Of a DNA stretch of 27,429 nt, positions 1 to 7,967 are shown piece by piece (position 1 is the first letter of the stretch; the number at the start of each line of letters is the position of its first letter). The notes beneath the pieces were generated by a model. It did no database searches. It saw only the letters and a list, made by a program, of their open reading frames with translations, and was not told where the DNA came from. The translations under genes and the position numbers were made by a program. The DNA comes from a virus. Its lineage: Duplodnaviria; Caudoviricetes. The stretch covers positions 1-27,429 of IMG/VR virus record IMGVR_UViG_3300012952_000102, one strand, 5' to 3'.

Positions 1-19
1 AGTATCTAAGCCATTTCTA

Positions 20-47
20 GGGTAACATAATGTATATTATACGAAGT
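20..47 (-). other. dif-like XerC/XerD recombination site (28 bp)
   Basis: The minus strand reads ACTTCGTATAA-TATACA-TTATGTTACCC, an 11-6-11 layout. The XerD-type arm TTATGTTA matches E. coli dif (GGTGCGCATAA-TGTATA-TTATGTTAAAT). The other arm resembles XerC arms (..CGTATAA). Confidence 0.7.
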
Positions 48-220
48 CGGGACCCAGTATCGTGCATAAAGGATGCATACCCCATCCACGGTCTGAGCTG
101 GGTCGAAAAATCGGACCCCCCCCTCGAAAACAGACGGGGGCGGGACGTGGACGTGGTCCTTACGCACCAAATCGCATTATCCGTATATTCTGAAAAATTC
201 TAAATCTTGGAGAGCCGTAT

Positions 221-514
221 ATGAGTTCTAATGGAGTAGTACCTAATTCAGAGCATACCGAGGTGCTCGAGCATTTACGTGGCCGTCGAAAGTTTCACAT
301 GGTTGGCAGTCCAATGCGGGTCATTATGGATCGGGCGATTGCATCAATTGATTCTCTGTTAAGCGAGCGGTGTTTCTGCGAAGATACAGAGGTGATTTTT
401 GATACTGAGCTGGGGCTGTCTTCTTTTGACGCTGTAGGGGTCCAGGCGTGGTTATCTGATCAAGGCGTAAAGCTGACTCCCAAGCAGAAACGCACCTTAA
501 ATCTCGAGGAGTAA
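221..514 (+). CDS. hypothetical protein (97 aa)
   Basis: ATG start with GGAGAG at 209-214; no recognisable motif. Confidence 0.55.
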   Translation: MSSNGVVPNSEHTEVLEHLRGRRKFHMVGSPMRVIMDRAIASIDSLLSERCFCEDTEVIFDTELGLSSFDAVGVQAWLSDQGVKLTPKQKRTLNLEE

Positions 515-639
515 TGCGGACAGGGGTTGCGGACACCTTTGCGGACACCCTGTCCTAGCCGACAGTCCAGTGTTTTTGCGGTATTCTAGCGTTTGTCTTG
601 ACAGGTTGCGGACACCTTTGCGGACAGGGGTTCCGGACA
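515..639. repeat. iteron-like direct repeat cluster, 6 x T[G/C]CGGACA
   Basis: Copies start at 515, 528, 540, 607, 619 and 632. An exact 23-bp repeat GGTTGCGGACACCTTTGCGGACA lies at 525-547 and 604-626. An AT-rich tract follows at ~640-682. Confidence 0.85.
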
Positions 640-874
640 ATAGTAAGAATACTAGTTAAAAAAAGAATTATATCTAAACAAAGCGAGGTTTCGTTCCATG
701 AAGTGGTTGGGTGCTGGTCTGGTTGTGTGTTCGTTAGTGGTGTTGGTTTGTGGTTCAGCCCGGAGGAGTCCCACACGGCGTCCCCCACACAGACCACGTT
801 GGTGGGATTAAGATGTATTTGACGGTTCTGGGTTGAGTGGTACACCTTTAAGGACCTTTTGCTTAGGAGTAGAT

Positions 875-1078
875 ATGCCCAACGTTGGTGGAAGAGAGTA
901 TCCGTACACGCCAGCCGGGATGGCGGCAGCGAAACAAGCTCGAGCTAAGCTTGGTGCCCAGGTGACTGATGCGGAGCGACGGCGATCAGCTAAACGGAAA
1001 AAATTACGAGATAGGTTGGGCATGAAGTTACGGCCCACTTCAGCGAGTCGTACTCAGTTTGGCGATTTTAGCGTTTAA
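875..1078 (+). CDS. small basic phage protein (67 aa)
   Basis: AGGAG at 865-869 before ATG 875 favours this start over 833. The N-terminus MPNVGGREYPYTPAGMAAAK resembles small basic proteins common in environmental phages. Confidence 0.75.
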   Translation: MPNVGGREYPYTPAGMAAAKQARAKLGAQVTDAERRRSAKRKKLRDRLGMKLRPTSASRTQFGDFSV

Positions 1079-1272
1079 TGAAGCTGACGACTGCAAAACG
1101 CAATCGTATGCGTTCAAGCTCGTTTGCGTTGCCAGAGCAGAGAGCGTATCCGATCAACGATAAAGCTCACGCTCGGAACGCATTGGCCCGGCTACACAAC
1201 GCGACACCAGCTGAGCAGAAAAGGATTAAGGCTGCGATCGACAAACGATACCCTGGGCTACGCAAGAAATAA
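1078..1272 (+). CDS. small basic phage protein (64 aa), FALP..YPI.D..HARNALAR type
   Basis: TAATG-coupled at both ends; recurrent phage motif SFALPEQRAYPINDKAHARNALAR. Confidence 0.8.
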   Translation: MKLTTAKRNRMRSSSFALPEQRAYPINDKAHARNALARLHNATPAEQKRIKAAIDKRYPGLRKK

Positions 1273-3104
1273 TGCCACACAGACCGTTCCATCGAGGGTT
1301 CGATTCTACTATTCCGTTACCAGACGACTACCGCCGTCGTTTACTGGCTATGCAGAATGGTGAGGATCAACAGACGCCACTCCAGACGCCTGGCTCACTT
1401 CTTTCTCAGGCACCCACCCCACCACCAGCTCGTCCAGTACGCGGATATCCGGAGCCACCACCGCCGACAGGGTTTGGACAGCCACCGATGTCGATATGGG
1501 AAGGAATGGATATTGCGGGCAAGCACACGTTAGGCAACGTGATGCAAGCAAACTTGACCGACCCACGGTTGCAACCAGAGCAATATCAGCAAGTTGCAGA
1601 CAACACTTTGAATGTTACTGGCGATATTTCACCTGGCATTGGTGAAGTTCGAGCGTTTCAGCGAATACCTGGGTTAATGGATGAAGGCAAAGTGGGTAGT
1701 GCAATCTTTGAAGGCACTACGGGTCTGCTCGGGTTGGTGCCGTATGTTGGTGGTGTGTTACAAGCTGGTGCGCGAGGCGGTAGGACTGCGCTGCGTAACT
1801 TGATGATTTCTCGAGCTGAGAGCGCGCTCGACCAATTACCAAAACGTACTAGAACGGAAACCGCTGCCCATCGTCGGCTAGAGCGTCATACAGCTTCGCC
1901 TGAAGCCGAAACTAGACGCGATCGTGCGATTGCTCGAGGGCAGACACCCGAAGAAGCTGAACTGCTGGCAAACTCGGCATCAGATGTTCGTGCTAACGTG
2001 CAACGTTTTTATTCGTTGTTGCCTACACCTAGAGCGTTTGCAGAAGCGGCTATTCGAGGCTCTGCTGCCCGTGGCTGGTATAAAGGCAGTGGACAAACGA
2101 TACGACAGTTGTTTGGTGAGGTAGACGCTCCACGCGCTACAGCGTTAATCGCAGCTCAAAGCCCGAACAAATCTGTTGAGGAAAACTTGCGGTATTCGTT
2201 AGCGACATGGCGCAATTGGGTTAATGCGGGCCGTCCCACAGATCCAGATGTGATTCGTCGATTGTCGCCCAGGGAAACCGTTGAATACATCGACAAAGGC
2301 AAACGCAAAACGAAACAAGTACCGACCGCTGACGCGATTATCCAGAGTCCACTCCAAGCCGATTACGAAAACACGATCCGGGCGCTGATCGCTACCGACG
2401 AAGTGTTAGCGAAAGGCGATCCACACCTACTTAGTGGCCCCAAGGTCGGTCCATTTTATGCGAACTTGCTAGGAGCTGTGTTGCCCGTAACAAACGACAC
2501 GCACATGGCTCGAGGCTATGGAACTAAACCTAGCGGTGTGGGCAGTGTGGCCCGGACACTGGCGCAAAACGCGATGATCGGGAACGCTGCTATTGAGTTT
2601 GAGCGAATTACAGGTGTGCCCGTAGATCGACGCGAAATCCAAGAAATGGCTTGGGCGTACATTCGTGGGCTGACAAACGCTGCGGGCAAAGACGGTAAAG
2701 CGCTTGATGTTTTAGAGCTGTCGCTCGTAGATCCCGATTTTAGAGTGCACAAGGCTCGACCCATTCAAGGTGGAAGATCAGTTGAACGTGGAGCACATTT
2801 AACACTGCACGATGAGATTGCGGATGCGGTGCCGATGGGTGAACTGTTAGCGCAACCACAATACGCGGATGTAATTGCTGAAATTGGGCTACCTACCCCG
2901 ATCGCACACCCGCCAACGGGCGTACAAGATCTTTCACCGTTTGCTGCTAATCCCAATGCTTTGCGGGATATCGCAGAACGTATTGACTTGGTTAAAGCTG
3001 GTAATCCGTTGTATAGCCTTGCGCCATTCTTGGCGGGTGGCGTAGCGGCTCAATACATGATGCCTAGACAAGAACAAGGCCCGTTTCCTGACGGTTATCG
3101 ATAA
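1272..3104 (+). CDS. 610-aa accessory protein A: Pro-rich N-terminus, shared module, HhH-GPD DNA-glycosylase-like domain
   Basis: Long ORF, TAATG-coupled. Motifs GWY, LIAAQSP, LSGPKVGPFYANLLG..PVTNDTHMAR and IQEMAW. The function is inferred. Confidence 0.6.
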   Translation: MPHRPFHRGFDSTIPLPDDYRRRLLAMQNGEDQQTPLQTPGSLLSQAPTPPPARPVRGYPEPPPPTGFGQPPMSIWEGMDIAGKHTLGNVMQANLTDPRLQPEQYQQVADNTLNVTGDISPGIGEVRAFQRIPGLMDEGKVGSAIFEGTTGLLGLVPYVGGVLQAGARGGRTALRNLMISRAESALDQLPKRTRTETAAHRRLERHTASPEAETRRDRAIARGQTPEEAELLANSASDVRANVQRFYSLLPTPRAFAEAAIRGSAARGWYKGSGQTIRQLFGEVDAPRATALIAAQSPNKSVEENLRYSLATWRNWVNAGRPTDPDVIRRLSPRETVEYIDKGKRKTKQVPTADAIIQSPLQADYENTIRALIATDEVLAKGDPHLLSGPKVGPFYANLLGAVLPVTNDTHMARGYGTKPSGVGSVARTLAQNAMIGNAAIEFERITGVPVDRREIQEMAWAYIRGLTNAAGKDGKALDVLELSLVDPDFRVHKARPIQGGRSVERGAHLTLHDEIADAVPMGELLAQPQYADVIAEIGLPTPIAHPPTGVQDLSPFAANPNALRDIAERIDLVKAGNPLYSLAPFLAGGVAAQYMMPRQEQGPFPDGYR

Positions 3105-3109
3105 AACAT

Positions 3110-6100
3110 ATGCCCCATAACCCTTGGCACCCAGCAGGGCTGTTAGGCCCAGATCCTCTTCCGAGTAGACGCAACAGAGACTACGCTCAATTACAAGGAA
3201 TCTTGATGGCCCAGCCCGACGCAACGCGGGTCGGTCCAGAGTTTCCCGTAGCTACGCACCGAAGGGGCGTCGATGGTGTGACGCGCCCAATCCGGTTACC
3301 CGAACGTGTCCCGGGTGAGGCGGCGATCGGCCCAGCTCCTGGTTTGTTGTCGCGGATCGGCGCTCAAGTACAAGCGATGCCTCGCCGGATGACTGAGTTT
3401 GGTGAAGGCGTCAAACACGGCCAAGGTCGATGGGCAATGCACGCAGCAGAGAATCTTCTACCAAATGAGCAATTTAGTCCATACGAACTCGCGGTTGTGG
3501 ATTCGATGGCTGCAGCAGGGACACCAGACACTCCAGCCGGCAAGGTAGGACGGTTTGGTGGAGAGATGGCGGGTGAGTTTACGTTGGCGGGGGATGCTCA
3601 AGCGCTACAACGTGTGCCTGGATTGCTAGAAGAGGGCGAGTATGGTCAAGCGACTCTTGAGGGGTTAAGTGCTATTCCAGTAGCTGGTGCGTTAGTTGGG
3701 CCGTTAGCTGCTATGGGCCGCTTGAACCGCGTGGGGTTAGACGCGATGAGCACATCGCGTTTAACAGAGGCAATCAAAAACGCGCCTCAAGATCGTGCGT
3801 CGGGATCGCAATGGGCTGGGATGATACGGAAAACACCTGGAGGTGTGCCGTCAGGTGAGATGGAATGGACGGGTATTACGGGGTTGTTAGGCGATAACCC
3901 GGATCGAGTGTTTACTCGAGACGAGTTGCTGCAAATAATGGACGAGCGAGGAGTCAAGCTCAGAGAATCATGGTATGGACGCTCGGGCGCTTCAGATGGA
4001 GTTGATCTTTATAAAGAAAGAGAACTTGCTCAAATGGATCTTGACGAAGCGAGAGAATTAACTCTAGAGGCGCAAGAAGAGTTTGGCTTAGAAAGTCGTG
4101 AGTATGCCGAAGCTGCACTACATGAAGGTGAAGTTCGAGCAGCACTTGGAGTGATACGACAAAAAATTCATGCGAATCAAGACAGTCCCCGCGCACTTTA
4201 TAGCAATTGGCGCATAGAGCGTAGCGACTACAACAAACCAACAAGGACTGTGTTTGGTCAAAGACCCCCCGAAAACTATCGGGAAGTTACCCTTCAGTTG
4301 GAAAGCCCAGGACAGAGTGCTCAAGCTGCTTCAAGGTTAGAGCAAGAGGATTTTTTGGCAAACGCTCTTCGCCGACATTGGGACATCAATGGTTATCCTG
4401 ACAGAACTGAGATACAGGCTCACTGGGCTGAAGGAACAAGTTGGGACGATGTCGCTCGTTCTGCGCTTGCAGATCCCGCTTATCGTGAAGAAGCTTTTGA
4501 CGCTTTAACAGATGCAGACCTGGAAAGATGGGATGAGCTGACTGATCGATCAGAGGGCTGGACACCTAGTGCTGAAGAAACGGCCAGAGGTGAGTATCAA
4601 AGTGTTCATTGGCCCGCTGACAAAAACGTGCTTGTGCATATGCGGATGTCAGATATTGAATACACAAATCCCGAAACAGGCAAACAAGAAAAAGTTTTGT
4701 TTCTCGAAGAGATCCAAAGCGATTGGCACCAAACAGGTCGCAAGAAAGGTTACCAAGAGCCTCGGACCCCAGACCCAGAAGAGGTCCAGAGAGCACAACA
4801 AAATTTAACTGACCTTTGGGATGAGAGATCCCTCGTCCAAGAGCGAATTGAAAAAGAAGTAATACCAGATCTTCTGTCAGATGCAGTAGACACAGCCACA
4901 ATGGCTGACGGCTCTATAATTCGTAGGCAACCAGATGGAACGTGGGTAGTAACGTATGCCGCTACTGATGAAATGTCTGGTTACGTCTACGAGAGCGGTA
5001 GTGATCTTTACAGAGATATGATTGAAAACGCGCAAGACTTGATTGAAAATGTTGATGAGGAGGCGGCATCTTTCTTGGGTGAGGGCGCAGTAACGTGGTC
5101 GCACTCAAATGACGCTAACGCAATAGTTTTTGAAACAAATGCCTATGGGGTAAATGAGGATATGTTTACCCGGTTTCCGTATCGTCAAGGTCAAAGTCCA
5201 ATGCTACCGCCTTCCAGCTGGACATTACCTCTCGGGGGTGCGCTTCGAAATAATCCGCTGATGGTCCGTTTGGCACAATTAAAACAAGGGGCTCGTAGCG
5301 GACAAGAATCTCTTCGTCGGGCCGAAGCAACCGTGAGTAATCCTGAACTTCCACCTCAAGGTCCATACGAAACAACTGGTGAGTGGACTGAACTTGCGTT
5401 GAGGCGAGCAATTCAAGAAGCAGTTGACGGTGGTTACGATCGCATAGCGTGGGCGCATGGGCGTCAAGCAGGTGAAGCTATGGGCGTTCGGGATTATGTA
5501 GATCAACTGCAATACGATACAAAAACAAATCGTCTGTACGGAACAGAAGCTGGCGAAGCTTTAGGTCTAAAAGTAGATGAGTTTGAAATTGATGGGATTG
5601 AAGTTTCGCCAGAAGATTTACCGTCAATCGTTGGGCAAGGAGTTGCGGAGCGGTTGTTGGATGCAGACCAAACTGGAGGAGTGAAGTGGCACATTGAAGA
5701 TTTAGGTCACACAATTGATGGAGAACCGCATATTGTAGTCACAGGCCAACGTCCAGGCCAAGTTGATTCACGCAGTGTGCAAGATTGGACTCTTATGCGC
5801 GGTGGCGAGTACATTGGGACCAAAGAATTTACTAGCATGGCTGATGCTGAAGAATGGATAGAACAGCAGAAAGGTATGCGGTTCTTGAATGAAGGTGGTT
5901 TGCGCGTTGGTGGCGAAGGGATGATAGGGTATTATGGCAAAATCGTCCCAAGAATAGCTCAAAAATACGGCAGACAACTAGAGGGTATTGAAATTGAGAA
6001 TGTTGATTTAGGGGTAGTGCCAACGACTAAAGGTCAGTGGTATATACGAGATACAGAAAGTGGCGGGGACGCATGGGGTCAACGTTTTGACACTCGAGCC

Positions 6101-6418
6101 GATGCAGATATTGCGTTAGACGATACCGCAATAGGACGAACGGGCCTTGGCGAAGACTTATCTGCGTTTGAGAAGTTGGAAGTTGCAAATTACGTTGGAG
6201 ATAACGCAGTTTATGAACATACTCCTGGCTCTAGGACATCTGGGTTAATGAATTTGTCTTTTGCTATTACGCCTGAAATGCGAAGAATAGTGGGCCAAGG
6301 CGACCAGAGGTTGTGGGGAGCAGGGGCGTTAGGGTTGTTAGGTGCTAACGCAGCAGCTCAAAGACAGAACGATGAGCAGAACCAAGGCAACGGACTTTTG
6401 ACACCGTCTAGACGCTAG
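3110..6418 (+). CDS. 1102-aa accessory protein B, large polyvalent-type phage protein (EEIQSDWH motif)
   Basis: Long ORF with motif blocks NYREVTL, HW..NVLVHMR, KVLFLEEIQSDWHQTGRKKGY, W.ELALRRAI..A...GYDRIAW and GGEGM..YY. Its stop overlaps the terL start (TAGTG). Confidence 0.65.
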   Translation: MPHNPWHPAGLLGPDPLPSRRNRDYAQLQGILMAQPDATRVGPEFPVATHRRGVDGVTRPIRLPERVPGEAAIGPAPGLLSRIGAQVQAMPRRMTEFGEGVKHGQGRWAMHAAENLLPNEQFSPYELAVVDSMAAAGTPDTPAGKVGRFGGEMAGEFTLAGDAQALQRVPGLLEEGEYGQATLEGLSAIPVAGALVGPLAAMGRLNRVGLDAMSTSRLTEAIKNAPQDRASGSQWAGMIRKTPGGVPSGEMEWTGITGLLGDNPDRVFTRDELLQIMDERGVKLRESWYGRSGASDGVDLYKERELAQMDLDEARELTLEAQEEFGLESREYAEAALHEGEVRAALGVIRQKIHANQDSPRALYSNWRIERSDYNKPTRTVFGQRPPENYREVTLQLESPGQSAQAASRLEQEDFLANALRRHWDINGYPDRTEIQAHWAEGTSWDDVARSALADPAYREEAFDALTDADLERWDELTDRSEGWTPSAEETARGEYQSVHWPADKNVLVHMRMSDIEYTNPETGKQEKVLFLEEIQSDWHQTGRKKGYQEPRTPDPEEVQRAQQNLTDLWDERSLVQERIEKEVIPDLLSDAVDTATMADGSIIRRQPDGTWVVTYAATDEMSGYVYESGSDLYRDMIENAQDLIENVDEEAASFLGEGAVTWSHSNDANAIVFETNAYGVNEDMFTRFPYRQGQSPMLPPSSWTLPLGGALRNNPLMVRLAQLKQGARSGQESLRRAEATVSNPELPPQGPYETTGEWTELALRRAIQEAVDGGYDRIAWAHGRQAGEAMGVRDYVDQLQYDTKTNRLYGTEAGEALGLKVDEFEIDGIEVSPEDLPSIVGQGVAERLLDADQTGGVKWHIEDLGHTIDGEPHIVVTGQRPGQVDSRSVQDWTLMRGGEYIGTKEFTSMADAEEWIEQQKGMRFLNEGGLRVGGEGMIGYYGKIVPRIAQKYGRQLEGIEIENVDLGVVPTTKGQWYIRDTESGGDAWGQRFDTRADADIALDDTAIGRTGLGEDLSAFEKLEVANYVGDNAVYEHTPGSRTSGLMNLSFAITPEMRRIVGQGDQRLWGAGALGLLGANAAAQRQNDEQNQGNGLLTPSRR

Positions 6419-7803
6419 TGGATTACGCCGAACAGCTAATTCTTATGCGGGAAGACCCAGTGCTTTTTGTTGAAGGCATTTTGGGAGCTGAGCCGGACAA
6501 ATGGCAAGCCGAAGTAATGACAGCGGTTGCTGCTGGATCTCGAGGAGTCAGTATCCGTTCAGGACACGGCGTTGGAAAAACAAGTTGCTTGTCCTGGCTG
6601 GCACTTTGGTGGATTGCTACGCATTATCATGCTAAGGTGGTGGTTACAGCACCAACGTCAGCCCAGCTTCAAGACGCTCTTCTGCCAGAGACGAAAGCGT
6701 GGCTAAAACAAGCACCTCGAGAATATCGAGAGATGTTTAACGTGAAAGCCGACCGAATCGAATTGGCAGCGGATCCGGAACGCAATTTTATATCTGCAAA
6801 AACGTCCCGGGCAGAGCAGCCCGATGCACTCCAGGGCGTACACGCAGACCATGTATTGTTGATTTGTGATGAGGCGAGCGGTGTACCCGAACAAGTGTAC
6901 GAAGCTGCGGGTGGATCGATGTCCGCTCACCACGCGACAATGGTGTTAGCTGGAAACCCTGTTCGCTCAAGCGGCTACTTTTACGACACGTTTCACAAAA
7001 TGTCAGACCGCTGGGATACGTTTCATGTGTCATGTGAAGACACAAAAAGAGTATCTCAAGAGTATATCGAAGAATGCCAGGTTCGGTACGGCGAAGAGAG
7101 TAACGTTTACCGTGTTCGGGTTCTCGGAGAGTTTCCCAGAGGCGATGATGATACGGTTATCCCCCAAGAGCTAATAACAGAAGCAATCAATCGAGATGTT
7201 GAGCCAACACAGTTTGGTTCAGTTGTGTGGGGTGTTGACGTAGCGCGGTTCGGCTCAGATGCGTCAGCACTTTGTAAACGCAAAGGCAACGCTATTACGG
7301 AACCTGTCAGGCTCTGGCGCAACCTGGACACTATGCAATTAACGGGGGCAATTAAGGCAGAATACGATTCCACCGAAGAGCGCCCAACAGAAATTTTTGT
7401 TGATGTGATCGGGTTAGGAGCTGGAGTCGTTGATCGATTGCGCGAATTAGGCTTACCAGCTTTTGGAATCAATGTCTCTGAGTCGCCAGCAATGGGAACG
7501 CAGTACATGAACTTGAGATCAGAACTCTGGTACAAGGCCAAAGCGTGGCTTGAGGGCAGAGATGTTCGTTTGCCTCGAGACGCAACACTAAAGACAGAAC
7601 TCGCTACAGTGCGTTACAATTATACGTCGAGCGGTCGGGTTAAGATCGAAAGCAAGGCCGAACTAAAAAAACGCGGGGTTGCAAGCCCGGATTCGGCTGA
7701 CGCTTTTGTTTTAACGTTCGCATCGGATGCGGGCACTGCGATCGGTGGCCGTAGCTATCGGCGTCAGGGTGAATTGAAAAGAAATCTGGCTGGAATTGTT
7801 TAA
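6418..7803 (+). CDS. terL: terminase large subunit
   Basis: Walker A SGHGVGKT, Walker B LLICDEASG, motif III AGNP and RNase H-like nuclease motifs GVDVARFGSD and SPDSADA. GTG start; lies upstream of the portal. Confidence 0.97.
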   Translation: MDYAEQLILMREDPVLFVEGILGAEPDKWQAEVMTAVAAGSRGVSIRSGHGVGKTSCLSWLALWWIATHYHAKVVVTAPTSAQLQDALLPETKAWLKQAPREYREMFNVKADRIELAADPERNFISAKTSRAEQPDALQGVHADHVLLICDEASGVPEQVYEAAGGSMSAHHATMVLAGNPVRSSGYFYDTFHKMSDRWDTFHVSCEDTKRVSQEYIEECQVRYGEESNVYRVRVLGEFPRGDDDTVIPQELITEAINRDVEPTQFGSVVWGVDVARFGSDASALCKRKGNAITEPVRLWRNLDTMQLTGAIKAEYDSTEERPTEIFVDVIGLGAGVVDRLRELGLPAFGINVSESPAMGTQYMNLRSELWYKAKAWLEGRDVRLPRDATLKTELATVRYNYTSSGRVKIESKAELKKRGVASPDSADAFVLTFASDAGTAIGGRSYRRQGELKRNLAGIV

Positions 7804-7908
7804 AATACGCTCGAGGGGCTGATGCTGTGAAGCTGCTTGGTGAACGGCTCAGCTTAAATAACCTATGGATTGACGGCTCTGCGCTGTGGTGCCCTCGAGT
7901 TTTTACCT

Positions 7909-7938
7909 TTGACACTAGAGAACTTTGCTATCTACTTT
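7909..7938 (+). promoter_or_regulatory. candidate sigma70-type promoter for the head operon
   Basis: TTGACA (7909-7914), 18-nt spacer, TACTTT (7933-7938), ~30 nt before the portal start. Confidence 0.45.
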
Positions 7939-7967
7939 CTTGGTAGCAGAGCTAAGGCGTAATAACT

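Noticed and set aside
20-50. loxP-like sequence (ATGTAT..TATACGAAGT) suggesting a Cre site or vector contamination
   Set aside because: Only one arm matches. The other arm is a XerD-type TTATGTTA, so dif explains it better, and no vector sequence flanks it.
105-145. C8 run and G5 run as a packaging or terminus signal
   Set aside because: Plausible, but nothing in the window supports it without read data.
515-639. CRISPR mini-array
   Set aside because: The units are 8 bp with 4-5 nt linkers; there are only two 23-bp copies and no cas genes.
555-845. ORFs 324-548 (-), 555-845 (-) and 598-822 (+)
   Set aside because: They overlap the repeat and skewed tract or another gene, and have no RBS or protein-like character.
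819-846. Promoter TTGACG...TACACC upstream of gene 875
   Set aside because: The -10 box lacks the conserved final T and the spacer is 16 nt; too weak to call.
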